Assembly (NCBI GenBank): GCA_947625435.1
Contig: CANQOI010000001.1
Coordinates: 10,522 to 74,521 of the forward strand
From: an uncultured Clostridia bacterium
GTDB taxonomy: Bacteria; Bacillota; Clostridia; UBA1212; UBA1255
Direction of reading: 5' to 3'
DNA length: 64,000 bases
Shown piece by piece: positions 1 to 9,466 of the stretch. Position 1 is the first letter of the stretch. Each line of letters opens with the position of its first letter. Position numbers and translations under genes: made by a program. The notes under the pieces were generated by a model. That model did no database searches, had not been told where the DNA came from, and was given only the letters and a program-made list of their open reading frames with translations.

Positions 1-505
1 CTATATTGTAGGACATCATGGCGTAGCAGAGCGAGAAAAGTATTATATACATACGTTCCGTCCTTCGCCCCTGCCTCGTATGCCTTTTGTTCAAAAAAAT
101 GCCGAATGTGAGACCGCACAAGCCTATCTTGACGCACGTGAGGTACATGAGGCATATCGGCATTTTGGCGTTGGGGCAAAGGAGCGTCACAACGGAGAGC
201 GGGCTCGAAAGGTAATATGCGAACACACCTATGTAATTGCCCCCCAGAGCCTTGGACCATGAGAAAAAAATGTTTCCCATCTGTCCCATATGCTTCAGTC
301 CGCAGTAAAATTCATTATACTGATTCGACATATCCATTATGAGCACGGAATTCATACCGAAAGGCGCCATGCCGTAGCGCGCATACGTGACAAGCATCAT
401 AAATGCGGGCAACAAAAAGCAGACCGCCAGTATGAGGGCGGTATTTATGCTCCTGTATTTTCTTCCGGCGGTAAGTACCGCAGCATCAGATATGTTTTGC
501 TTCAT
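1..505 (-). CDS. YfhO-family integral membrane protein, N-terminal part only; the gene continues past the window start
   Basis: Manual minus-strand translation from ATG at 505: MKQNISDAAVLTAGRKYRSINTALILAVCFLLPAFMMLVTYARYGMAPFGMNSVLIMDMSNQYNEFY...FSWSKALGGNYIGVFAYYLSSP. The PFG...DM.NQY...FSW.G.GG...AYYL.SP pattern resembles the YfhO N-terminus. AGGTGA sits about 13 nt upstream. It is absent from the ORF track because there is no stop codon in the window. Confidence 0.55.
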   Translation of the reverse strand, partial: MKQNISDAAVLTAGRKYRSINTALILAVCFLLPAFMMLVTYARYGMAPFGMNSVLIMDMSNQYNEFYCGLKHMGQMGNIFFSWSKALGGNYIGVFAYYLSSPLSVVTLLCPNAKMPICLMYLTCVKIGLCGLTFGIFLNKRHTRQGRRTERMYIILFSLCYAMMSYNI

Positions 506-586
506 TCCGCAGACTTTCTCACCTGCTGTGCTGTCGTAAAAATTCAACAAAAAAAGACCGCTTGCTTTTATGCTTCCGGTCTTTAA

Positions 587-661
587 TGGTATCCCGGACG
601 GGAATCGAACCCATATCAACAGAGTCGGAGTCTATTATCGTATCCATTGGACCACCGGGAC
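587..661 (-). tRNA. tRNA-Arg (anticodon CCG)
   Basis: The reverse complement folds as a 75 nt cloverleaf with acceptor GTCCCGG/CCGGGAT, T-arm ATGGG-TTCGATT-CCCGT, anticodon stem ATAGA/TCTGT, loop CTCCGAC (U33, CCG, A37) and an encoded CCA. The D-stem has only 3 pairs plus a C.C mismatch, and 1-72 is a G.U wobble. Confidence 0.75.
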
Positions 662-675
662 ATAACAACGGGAAT

Positions 676-704
676 ACTATAACAATTTTAACCGTAAATG
701 TCAA
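676..704 (-). promoter_or_regulatory. sigma-A type promoter for tRNA-Arg (TTGACA-17-TATAGT)
   Basis: The minus strand reads TTGACA tttacggttaaaattgt TATAGT, ending about 14 nt before the tRNA 5' end. Confidence 0.4.
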
Positions 705-731
705 ACCGACTTGCTCCGATATCATTCGATA

Positions 732-3700
732 TCATTCGGTGAGCAATATTTCGGGCTCGCCGAGTATGCCGAGCTGCCTTACCATATAATCGTATGTCCA
801 TTTGTCGCCCTGCGTGCGCCACGCCATGGCGTCTATCCATTTGTTGCCGGTATCTGCGTTGTGGAGAGCTCCGAAGGAATTATAACGGTTGCCGAAAAGC
901 TCGAACGCCGCAGTGTGCCTGCCCGCCTCAAGTCCCGTAACGCGCAGTTTATACGGTGAAAATGTGAGCATTCCCGCTTCACTCCCGTCTATTGAGAGCT
1001 TCACGAGCGCGCCCCTGTACGCGGGAAGTCTGACTGAAATATCCGACGGGCTTTCAAGGGTAAAATCCATCTCATATGTCACATTTGCCCCGTAAAACGG
1101 CATTTTCATTTCCGTAAGGCTCCCGAATCTCATTTCATCTGCTTTATGTGTTATGCGCTTGGTCCTGCCGTTTAAGCTCACTCCGAAATCCCCGAGTATA
1201 TAGAACCATTCGGCGCCGAGTCTCTTGCCGAAGGGCAGCTCGATCTCAAGCACATTGACGCCCTCGCGTATTTCCGGCAGAGGTAGCGTGAGTATGGCTT
1301 CATCCGTAAAATATCCGTATTCCTCAGGATGCCGGCATATATTTCCGTTTAATCTTACAGTGAGCATATCGGCGTGCTCTGCCGCAAGGAGCGCCCCCCG
1401 CACGCATATATCGCTTTCGAATCTCATTCTGAGTCTGAGTATGTGAGAAGGCTTTTCTTCCGGCACTGTCCAGGGCTGAGCGTAATAGCCCTGTCTTTCC
1501 GGCCAGCCCAGATATTCTCTGAATTTATTGTCTATGCGCAGTATCTCCTCTTCTGCGCTGTATCCCCCGTCGTCAAAAGCATACTCGGCGGTGTCCATTA
1601 GGAAAACATTCGGCTCCGAAAATGTGCATCTTAAATTGTACGGACGCACCTGCCTTTTACAGAGCTTTATGAGGAGGCTGTCATAATCATACATCACGGC
1701 TTTGATATATGTCATTTTATTCTCTTCATCCATGCTGTAGGGCATATCTTTTATATCTCCGCTCATCGTATCGTAGAGCACCGGTTTATACAGCCCTTTT
1801 ATTTTAAAAGTCACGCATTGCCTGTTCGGTATATCTTTGTTTTCGGGCTTTGTTCCGTGAGCCGCAAACAGCCACCTGCAATCCGTATCCTCTCTCATCC
1901 TGCAGAAAATGTTGTCTGCGCCTTCGATCTCCGTTTTGCGTTCATTCTCAAGTGCACGTACGAGAGGCTCCTTCTCATACGGTATGACAGCGGAATCGTC
2001 ATAAAGCCTCCTCAGTATACCTTCCTCATCCTGCGCGGCATCTATGTATGACGGGCAGTCTCCCATAAATATGAGCCTGCCGCCTTTTTTTCTGAATTCG
2101 GAAAGAGCTTTGACCGTTGTGCTCCTGAGTGTCTCGCATGCGGGCACCACTACGGCGGAATAGGACATTTTACCGACATGGAGACGGCCGTCGGACGAGC
2201 TTTCATACTGACCGGGAAGGAGGGATTCGCATATAAAATCAAAATCCGTGCACGAGAAAAGGAGCCACTCAGTGATATCGCCGAATCTGCGCTCCGCTTC
2301 CCATCTTATATCATGTGTCTCGCGCTCCGGTCCCCAGTGGAGCCAGTACGATTCAACAGGATGTATGACGGCAACATTGACCACAGGCACGCCTCTTACC
2401 ATGGCCGTGTTTATTCTGGCATAATGGTCTTCTATCTTCTTGTATTCTTTATACCAGGGCGACTGGTATGAAATGGAGGCGGGGTAATCGCGCTTGCCCT
2501 CCCCTTCCATTGAAAGGAATGCCAGGTGCGGCACGCGCACGGAAACGCCGAGAGCCGCCTGCCAGTCCCCCTGGAATTTATGTCCCCTGAAATCAAAGTC
2601 CCAATCCGTAACTCCGTATATTTCCGAGAGCTGCGCTTCCGACCCGTATTGGTTTACGGCAGACTGAACCTGTTTCAGTGTCGTATACTCATATGCATCA
2701 CACAGCATGTCTATGCCGGGTATGCCGAACGAGCGGTATGAGCGCATAGTGTCGCCTGTCGAGTGCGTCTGAGCTATGAGCATATGCTCTTCCATGACGT
2801 GACCCGTAAGATATATGCCGTTTTTGCGGCACCACGCGCCTATGTTGTCTGCAAATGCGCGTGCAAAGCGCTCCGCTATATGGTCGTGGAACCTGTATCT
2901 TGCCTGTGAAGCTTTTCCGCCGGGCAGATCCCACACAAGCTCGGGTATCGTGTCTGTTATATCACTGCCGCCGTAGGCTTCGGCGTAAGTGTCCTCTATA
3001 TCGTAAGTCCACGGGAGCTTTACATCTCCGTCTTCAAAAGCGTTACCCAGCGTCTCCTTTTTTTCAAACTGGGGCTCGTCCGTAAATATGGCGGGGATTA
3101 TGCTGTCAAATGCATAACCTACGACTTCCTTATATCTTTCATGCGTCACGCGTATGAATTCGTCTATCGCTTCCTTGTTTAATGTATCGACATATGTCTC
3201 ATTGTTATACCAGGGCGAGCTTTCCTTTGTAAGGCAGTATACGGCCCATTCACCGTCCGCGCACTTTTTGTATTCTTTAAGTGTGCCGTCTTCATTGAGA
3301 GTCACGTTAAAACGCGCAACGGTATACGCGCCGCCGTTTTCTATCGCTTCGTCTTTAGGCAGCGTTTCCCTGTGTTTTTTTGTAAATAAGATATATCTGC
3401 ATCTGTATTTCGGATTCTTCGTCACTATGCCGCCTGCCGACCCGGAGGGAAAACGGTCCTCGTCATACAGCCAGGCGAGCATATCCCGGCTCCTCGCCTC
3501 TTCAACGCAGAATCTTACCATATCCATGAACTCGTCACTGAGATAAGGCGTGCCCATGCCGGTTCTCGAATGCATATGGAACCCGCCGAATCCCATTTCT
3601 TTGAAATATCCTATCTGTCTCTTAAGGAGCCCTTTGTCGAGCTTGCAGTTCCATGCCCAGAAGGGCGCGGCTCTGTATTCGCATGTCGGATCTTTAAAAA

Positions 3701-3743
3701 GCTCATCGCTGAGTGTCTTATCGCTGTTTTTTTTATATAGCAT
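732..3743 (-). CDS. large glycoside hydrolase (1003 aa), family uncertain, possibly a GH106-like alpha-L-rhamnosidase type
   Basis: N-terminal YRAAPFWAWN...GFGGFHMHSRTGMGTPYL motif typical of a group of large bacterial glycosidases. Size and composition fit. No signal peptide. Confidence 0.5.
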   Translation of the reverse strand: MLYKKNSDKTLSDELFKDPTCEYRAAPFWAWNCKLDKGLLKRQIGYFKEMGFGGFHMHSRTGMGTPYLSDEFMDMVRFCVEEARSRDMLAWLYDEDRFPSGSAGGIVTKNPKYRCRYILFTKKHRETLPKDEAIENGGAYTVARFNVTLNEDGTLKEYKKCADGEWAVYCLTKESSPWYNNETYVDTLNKEAIDEFIRVTHERYKEVVGYAFDSIIPAIFTDEPQFEKKETLGNAFEDGDVKLPWTYDIEDTYAEAYGGSDITDTIPELVWDLPGGKASQARYRFHDHIAERFARAFADNIGAWCRKNGIYLTGHVMEEHMLIAQTHSTGDTMRSYRSFGIPGIDMLCDAYEYTTLKQVQSAVNQYGSEAQLSEIYGVTDWDFDFRGHKFQGDWQAALGVSVRVPHLAFLSMEGEGKRDYPASISYQSPWYKEYKKIEDHYARINTAMVRGVPVVNVAVIHPVESYWLHWGPERETHDIRWEAERRFGDITEWLLFSCTDFDFICESLLPGQYESSSDGRLHVGKMSYSAVVVPACETLRSTTVKALSEFRKKGGRLIFMGDCPSYIDAAQDEEGILRRLYDDSAVIPYEKEPLVRALENERKTEIEGADNIFCRMREDTDCRWLFAAHGTKPENKDIPNRQCVTFKIKGLYKPVLYDTMSGDIKDMPYSMDEENKMTYIKAVMYDYDSLLIKLCKRQVRPYNLRCTFSEPNVFLMDTAEYAFDDGGYSAEEEILRIDNKFREYLGWPERQGYYAQPWTVPEEKPSHILRLRMRFESDICVRGALLAAEHADMLTVRLNGNICRHPEEYGYFTDEAILTLPLPEIREGVNVLEIELPFGKRLGAEWFYILGDFGVSLNGRTKRITHKADEMRFGSLTEMKMPFYGANVTYEMDFTLESPSDISVRLPAYRGALVKLSIDGSEAGMLTFSPYKLRVTGLEAGRHTAAFELFGNRYNSFGALHNADTGNKWIDAMAWRTQGDKWTYDYMVRQLGILGEPEILLTE

Positions 3744-3766
3744 ACGGAATGCTCTCCTCGTTAATT

Positions 3767-4744
3767 TTACAGTACAAGCTTTATGAGATATGCCATAAAC
3801 GGAAGCGTCACTATGGCAAGGAGCGTCGATACGAACACTCCCTCAGCCGCCATTTCATAATCGGAGCCGTATTCTGCGGCTATCGATACCGTGAGCGTAC
3901 CCGCGGGCATGGCAAGCTGCATGACCGATATAGTCATCACCGATTCGGAAAGCCAACCCTGTTTCACCGCGAGAAGGAGGAGTGCGCCTATGGCGGCAGG
4001 CGCGATAAGGAGCTTCTGTAGTGACATAATGAGTACTACGAATTTACGGCTCATATTTTTGAAAAGGCCCTTTGAGCCCGCCAGTACGAGGCCTATAAAT
4101 ATCATTGAAAGAGGGCTTGTGGCCTTTCCTATCATGTCTGCGGTCTCAGGTATCACGGTGCCCGAAAGCTTCGATCTGAGGCCGGTGAGCACGAGCACTA
4201 TCCCTATCACAAACATTATGAGATTGGCATTCAATATGTGTTTGAGGCCGTTTGCGAAGCCCTTGGTATTGTGTCTGCCCGCCAGATGCACGCCGAACGT
4301 CCATAAAAGCAGATCGTTTCCCACATTAAAGAAAAGCGCGTAAAATACTCCTATATCTCCGAAAAGTGCCTGAAAGAGCGGAAATGCGAAAAAGATCACG
4401 TTTCCGAACATGGACTGCATGAGATAAACATTCTTCGATGCCTCGGAGAGCTTCGTTATGCGCGTAAAAGGCAGCGTGAGCAGATATATCAGCAGCAGTG
4501 ACACTACTGCGATGAGTATGAGCAATATACCGTCCTTGTAATTGTCGCGCGTGAAATCCGACGACAGCATCTTGCTCAAGATCAAAGCAGGCATCGTCAC
4601 TCTCATTATGAGCTTCGATACGGCATCTCCCGTCCTGTCAGGCAGATAACGCGTCTTCCCCGCTATGAAGCCTATGGCTATGAGTATGAACAGAATGAGT
4701 ATCTGCGACAGTATCGTACCTGTGTTCATATTTTCAATGGGCAT
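3767..4744 (-). CDS. AEC-family (auxin efflux carrier / malate permease-like) transporter
   Basis: 325 aa polytopic membrane protein with two AEC-like repeats. Confidence 0.7.
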   Translation of the reverse strand: MPIENMNTGTILSQILILFILIAIGFIAGKTRYLPDRTGDAVSKLIMRVTMPALILSKMLSSDFTRDNYKDGILLILIAVVSLLLIYLLTLPFTRITKLSEASKNVYLMQSMFGNVIFFAFPLFQALFGDIGVFYALFFNVGNDLLLWTFGVHLAGRHNTKGFANGLKHILNANLIMFVIGIVLVLTGLRSKLSGTVIPETADMIGKATSPLSMIFIGLVLAGSKGLFKNMSRKFVVLIMSLQKLLIAPAAIGALLLLAVKQGWLSESVMTISVMQLAMPAGTLTVSIAAEYGSDYEMAAEGVFVSTLLAIVTLPFMAYLIKLVL

Positions 4745-4761
4745 TCGCTATTACCTCGATC

Positions 4762-6378
4762 CTACTCGAAGAACCGTATGTTGGAGACCTTTTGCACTCC
4801 GTCTATGGACAGCAGCGCATTGATCGCGCTCTCTCCGGCAGGCTGATCTATGCTGACGAAGGCTTCCGCCTTGTCGCCCTTATCCTTACGGCTCCACTGC
4901 ACGGCAGCGATATTTATCCCCCTATCTCCGAGCACTGTACCTATGCGTCCTATGATACCCGGCACATCCCGGTTCTGTATCGCGAGTACATTTTCAGCGG
5001 GCTCAAAGTCAAGCTTATATCCGTAAAATTCCACTATCCTCAATTCGCTCTTTGCAAATACGGTGCCCGAAACGGAAAGCGTCCTGTCATCCGTAACAAA
5101 ACGCACCGTTATGAGGTTCGTATATTTTTCAAGATAAGACGACTTGCTCTCCACAAGACCTATGCCCATCGATTCGAGCAGATTGCGGGCATTAACATAA
5201 TTTACTCTTGTGGGCTTTATGACCTCAAGCAGTCCCTTTGCCACGGAAAGAGTATAAATGCCGGTGGACACATCCTCCTTTGCAAGGTCGCCGCTGTAAA
5301 TTATCTCAACTCTCTTAAGAGGCTTCTTCTCCGTCTGAAAATATATCCTTCCGAGGGCTTCCGCAAGCTTCAGGTACGGCTTTATTTCTTCCAGATTTCC
5401 TCCGCTCACCTGCGGCATGTTCACAGCCGGCACCATATGGCCCTCAAGCGCCTCTCCCACGAGCTTCGTGACCGCCGTGCCCACATTGTAGTTGGCTTCG
5501 TCCGTAGACGCTCCGAGGTGCGGAGTTATTATACAGTTGTCAAGGGTGAGGAGAGGATTCTCGTAATCCTGATCCTCGGGCTTCTTATTGTAATTGGGCT
5601 CGGGATCCAGCACGTCAAGGGCGGCCGCAGCCACTTTCCCCGACACCAGTGCGTTGTAAAGCGCTTTTTCATTCACGAGCCCGCCTCTGGCCGCATTTAC
5701 TATCCTGACGCCGTCCTTGCACTTTGCAAGCTCTTTTTCTCCCAATATACCGTATGTTTCGGCTGTCTTGGGAGTGTGTATCGTTATCAGATCGGCCTGA
5801 GAGAGCAGATCGTCCAGAGTTTCGCATCTCGCGACTCCGAGCTGTGTAAAATGCTCATTCCCTATATAAGGGTCGTACGCTATCACTCTCATATTCGAGC
5901 CCATGAGCTTCTTTGCCACAATGGAGCCTATCCTTCCGAGGCCTATTATGCCGGCAGTCTTCCCGTCCAGCTCGTTTCCTATAAATTTACCGCGCCTGAA
6001 ATCGCCGCGTCTTCCCGCAGACACGGCCTGCACGAGATTTCTGAAAATAGCATATGCGTGTGTCACTGCAAGCTCGGCAGCCGCCATTATGTTGCTCTCG
6101 GGTGTATTTACGACGATGATGCCGCGCTCCGTGGCGGCTTTAAGATCTATATTGTCGACCCCGTTTCCCGCGCGGCCCACTACCTTAAGATTAGGCGCCT
6201 TACCCAGAAGCTCCTCATTCACCTTTGTGACGCTGCGCACTATGAGCGCGTCATATCCTCCTATTATGTCAAGAAGCTCCTCGCGCGATATACCGAACCG
6301 AACGTCCACATTGAAGCCCTTATTTTTAAGATGCTCGATTCCTTCAGCAGCTATGCTCTCAGTAACAATTATTCTCAT
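4762..6378 (-). CDS. serA: D-3-phosphoglycerate dehydrogenase
   Basis: 538 aa. Has a 2-hydroxyacid dehydrogenase core, the NAD-binding motif GIIGLGRIGSIVAKK and a C-terminal ACT domain. Confidence 0.9.
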   Translation of the reverse strand: MRIIVTESIAAEGIEHLKNKGFNVDVRFGISREELLDIIGGYDALIVRSVTKVNEELLGKAPNLKVVGRAGNGVDNIDLKAATERGIIVVNTPESNIMAAAELAVTHAYAIFRNLVQAVSAGRRGDFRRGKFIGNELDGKTAGIIGLGRIGSIVAKKLMGSNMRVIAYDPYIGNEHFTQLGVARCETLDDLLSQADLITIHTPKTAETYGILGEKELAKCKDGVRIVNAARGGLVNEKALYNALVSGKVAAAALDVLDPEPNYNKKPEDQDYENPLLTLDNCIITPHLGASTDEANYNVGTAVTKLVGEALEGHMVPAVNMPQVSGGNLEEIKPYLKLAEALGRIYFQTEKKPLKRVEIIYSGDLAKEDVSTGIYTLSVAKGLLEVIKPTRVNYVNARNLLESMGIGLVESKSSYLEKYTNLITVRFVTDDRTLSVSGTVFAKSELRIVEFYGYKLDFEPAENVLAIQNRDVPGIIGRIGTVLGDRGINIAAVQWSRKDKGDKAEAFVSIDQPAGESAINALLSIDGVQKVSNIRFFE

Positions 6379-6417
6379 TTCACAGACATTTCCTTTCGTA
6401 ATATGAATATTTTTAGA

Positions 6418-6897
6418 TCACAGTTCAAGTATGACTTCCTTGCCGGAACGTTCATACTGTCTGTATACGACACCGGCAGCGTCCATCATGCGTTTTGCGG
6501 CTATGACCGAGTCGGTATCCGCATATTTGTCGCTCCCGTATATGACTTCTTTTATTCCCTTTTGTATTATGGATTTTGTACATTCGTTGCAGGGAAAGAG
6601 CGTAGTATATATCCTTGCTCCCTGAAGCGGGCCCCCGTTATAATTGAGTATGGCATTCAGCTCCGCATGACATACATAAAAGTACTTTGTGTCAAGAGAG
6701 CCGCCCTCCCTCTCCCACGGGAATTCGTCATCCGAGCATCCTATGGGCATACCGTTGTATCCGAGAGAAAGTATCCTGTTGTCGCTCCCCACGATACACG
6801 ATCCCACCGCCGTATTCGGATCCTTGCTTCTTTTTGAGGACAGTACGGCTATTCCCATAAAATACTCGTCCCATTTTAAATAATCCTGTCTTTTCAA
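6418..6897 (-). CDS. deoxycytidylate (dCMP) deaminase
   Basis: 159 aa. CHAELNAI and PCNEC zinc-binding motifs of the cytidine/dCMP deaminase family. Confidence 0.85.
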   Translation of the reverse strand: MKRQDYLKWDEYFMGIAVLSSKRSKDPNTAVGSCIVGSDNRILSLGYNGMPIGCSDDEFPWEREGGSLDTKYFYVCHAELNAILNYNGGPLQGARIYTTLFPCNECTKSIIQKGIKEVIYGSDKYADTDSVIAAKRMMDAAGVVYRQYERSGKEVILEL

Positions 6898-6984
6898 GCT
6901 GTATCATTCCCTTCCGTTCTTTTCTGCAAGCAGGATCACGGCTTTCGGAGATTATATCACAAAACATTGCCCGTGACCAACTAT

Positions 6985-7013
6985 TTGCATAAAATACGGC
7001 TTGAGAGTATAAT
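6985..7013 (+). promoter_or_regulatory. sigma-A type promoter for the GT2 gene (TTGCAT-17-TATAAT)
   Basis: TTGCAT aaaatacggcttgagag TATAAT. GAAAGGAA RBS 10 nt before the ATG at 7050. Confidence 0.45.
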
Positions 7014-7049
7014 TAGCCGGTCACAGATAAGAAAGGAACTGGTAACGGC

Positions 7050-8060
7050 ATGAATAAAAAGCTTATATCCGTTATTGTGCCATGCTACTGCGAGGAAGAA
7101 GCCCTGCCGTACTACTGGGAGGAAGCGTCAAGAACTGCCGACAGCATGGACTATGTCGACTTTGAATTTTTATTTATAGACGACGGCTCCAAGGACGGCA
7201 CCGTGAATGTGCTCAGAAGGCTTGCCGCCGCAGACAGCCGCGTGAGATATATCTCATTTTCAAGGAACTTCGGCAAAGAGGCCGCCATGTACGCCGGTCT
7301 CAAAAATGCGAAAGGTGATTATGCCGTTATAATGGATGCCGATCTTCAGGACCCGCCCTCTCTCCTTCCCGAAATGCTGAGGTTCGTCGAAGAAGAGGGA
7401 TACGACTGCTCCGCCACAAGGAGGGTGACGCGTAAAGGAGAGCCGCCCGTACGTTCTTTATTCGCGCGCATGTTCTACAGGATAATGCGTCGCATCAGCA
7501 AGACCGATATAGTTGACGGCGCCAGAGATTACCGCCTCATGTCCCGTAAAATGGTGGACGCTATTCTCGAGGTGGGCGAATACAACCGCTTTTCAAAGGG
7601 CATATTCGGATGGGTAGGATTTAAGACTAAATGGATAGAGTATGAAAATGTGGAGAGAGTGAGCGGAGAGACTAAATGGAGCTTCTGGAAGCTGCTCGCC
7701 TACTCGATAGACGGCATAGTGGCGTTTTCGACGGCGCCGCTGCTGATATCATCCGTGACCGGCATACTTTTCTGTATGATATCATTTATTGCCATAGTAG
7801 TTATAATCGTGCGCCAGCTCATATGGGGAGGTTCCGCATACGGCTGGCCGTCGATGGTCTGTATAGTACTTATGCTGAGCGGGATACAGCTTTTTGCGAT
7901 AGGCATCCTCGGTCAATATCTTTCAAAAACATATCTCGAGGTCAAGAAAAGGCCTATTTATATAGTAAAGGAGACCGAGCTTGACAATCCGGAAACGAGC
8001 GCCGTGAAATCCGAAGGCGGAGGCGCCTCGAATGTCATTAGCTCCCCCGAGGCCGGGTGA
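7050..8060 (+). CDS. GT2-family polyprenol-phosphate glycosyltransferase (GtrB/CsbB-like)
   Basis: N-terminal SVIVPCYCEEE...FIDDGSKDGT...DADLQDP GT-A motifs, plus two C-terminal TM helices typical of bactoprenol glycosyltransferases. Confidence 0.8.
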   Translation: MNKKLISVIVPCYCEEEALPYYWEEASRTADSMDYVDFEFLFIDDGSKDGTVNVLRRLAAADSRVRYISFSRNFGKEAAMYAGLKNAKGDYAVIMDADLQDPPSLLPEMLRFVEEEGYDCSATRRVTRKGEPPVRSLFARMFYRIMRRISKTDIVDGARDYRLMSRKMVDAILEVGEYNRFSKGIFGWVGFKTKWIEYENVERVSGETKWSFWKLLAYSIDGIVAFSTAPLLISSVTGILFCMISFIAIVVIIVRQLIWGGSAYGWPSMVCIVLMLSGIQLFAIGILGQYLSKTYLEVKKRPIYIVKETELDNPETSAVKSEGGGASNVISSPEAG

Positions 8061-8902
8061 CGGAGCGTGAGCTTTCCCGCATGAAGGGCCTGTCCCTGCA
8101 TGCCGTGCATTTCACCGCGCCCGTAGAGCATGTCGCCCGTTATGGGGTGCCCTATGTATGACATATGAACGCGTATCTGATGCGTTCTGCCCGTTTCAAG
8201 CCTGCACTCTATGAGAGTGTGCCCCTCCAGTCTCTTGAGTACCGTAAAATGCGTGACGGCTTCCCTGCCGTCATGCGTGTTTACTGCCATTTTCTTTCTG
8301 TCGTTCGGATCTCTGCCTATAGGCACCGACACCGTGCCCGAACGCACGTCTATCAAGCCCTCCGTAACAGCCGTATATATCCTGTTCATTTCGTGTTTCT
8401 TGAGCTGTTCGGAAAGGCTTATGTGGGCTTCATTGTTTTTGGCAACGGCGAGCAGCCCCGTGGTATCCTTGTCTATCCTGTGAACGATCCCCGGCCTTAT
8501 GACGCCGTTTATGTCGGATAGATCCCTGCACCGGTGCAGCAAGGCGTTCACGAGCGTGCCGCTGTAATGCCCGGGAGCGGGGTGCACCACCATTCCTCTC
8601 GCTTTATTTACTATAAGTATGTGTTCATCCTCATATACCACATCCAGCGGTATGTCCTCGGGTAAAATGCACAGATCCTCCGGAGGCGGCACGTCTACGG
8701 ACACTTCGTCATTTTTGTGTATTTTATAATGTGTGCTCTTGACCGCGCCGTTTACGGTTATGTCGCCCGACTCTATGAGCTTCTGCGCGTAGCTCCTGCT
8801 CAGGTTTTCCGCGCAGGTTGACGCAAAAACATCGAGACGCATACCCACATGCTCCGCGCCCGCCGTATATGATCGGATCCAGCTGCCTTCATCGTCTGTC
8901 AT
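7958..8902 (-). CDS. rluD: 23S rRNA pseudouridine synthase, RluD family
   Basis: S4 domain followed by the RluA catalytic core (HRIDKDTTGLL). Sits downstream of lspA as in many Firmicutes. Confidence 0.85.
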   Translation of the reverse strand: MTDDEGSWIRSYTAGAEHVGMRLDVFASTCAENLSRSYAQKLIESGDITVNGAVKSTHYKIHKNDEVSVDVPPPEDLCILPEDIPLDVVYEDEHILIVNKARGMVVHPAPGHYSGTLVNALLHRCRDLSDINGVIRPGIVHRIDKDTTGLLAVAKNNEAHISLSEQLKKHEMNRIYTAVTEGLIDVRSGTVSVPIGRDPNDRKKMAVNTHDGREAVTHFTVLKRLEGHTLIECRLETGRTHQIRVHMSYIGHPITGDMLYGRGEMHGMQGQALHAGKLTLRHPASGELMTFEAPPPSDFTALVSGLSSSVSFTI

Positions 8903-8905
8903 TTG

Positions 8906-9466
8906 TCATTCTCCGAATATGCGGTGCGCGAGAGTGCCCGGTCTGAAAATGGGGCCGCCTTTTTTATGAAGGAAGACCGCATACACTATAAGTGTTATAC
9001 ATCCCAATGTTATGCACATATCAGCGAAGTTGAAATTGGGAAAATCATAGCCGAATATATTGAATGCCAGAAAATCTGTCACATAGCCCCTGAAAAATCT
9101 CTCTGTCAGATTGCCCGCCGCCCCTCCGAGAACGGCCGATAAGCAGAACATGACTGTTTTGTTCACGGTCGATGCGTATATTATGTAAATAAGAAGAAGC
9201 GAGCATATCACCGTGACTGCCGATAAGATATCCGTAGCAGACGAAAACATGCCCCATGCCGCGCCTGTATTCCTTATATGCGTAATGCTGAAGAATTTTT
9301 TTATGACTGTGATCTCGCCGTTGAAATTCACTTTATTTATTATGATCTGCTTTATGACAAGGTCGGCGGCAGCCGCAAACAGAGCGGCGAATATGCCAGC
9401 TATGAACCATAATGCGTCCTTTTGGGTCAGATTGTTCTTTATGCGTATCATTTTTCTTGTTATCAC
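8906..9466 (-). CDS. lspA: lipoprotein signal peptidase II
   Basis: IRNTGAAWGMFS and FNFADMCI motifs, four TM segments. The true start may be the internal MIRIKNN. Confidence 0.85.
   Translation of the reverse strand: MITRKMIRIKNNLTQKDALWFIAGIFAALFAAAADLVIKQIIINKVNFNGEITVIKKFFSITHIRNTGAAWGMFSSATDILSAVTVICSLLLIYIIYASTVNKTVMFCLSAVLGGAAGNLTERFFRGYVTDFLAFNIFGYDFPNFNFADMCITLGCITLIVYAVFLHKKGGPIFRPGTLAHRIFGE

Noticed and set aside
290-586. 98 aa plus-strand ORF at the window start
   Set aside because: The opposite strand encodes a convincing YfhO-family N-terminus with a good RBS, so this is a shadow ORF.
4792-6837. 681 aa plus-strand ORF
   Set aside because: It lies entirely antisense to serA and the dCMP deaminase gene, both with unmistakable motifs. 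The translation is low-complexity with no recognisable domain. Shadow ORF.
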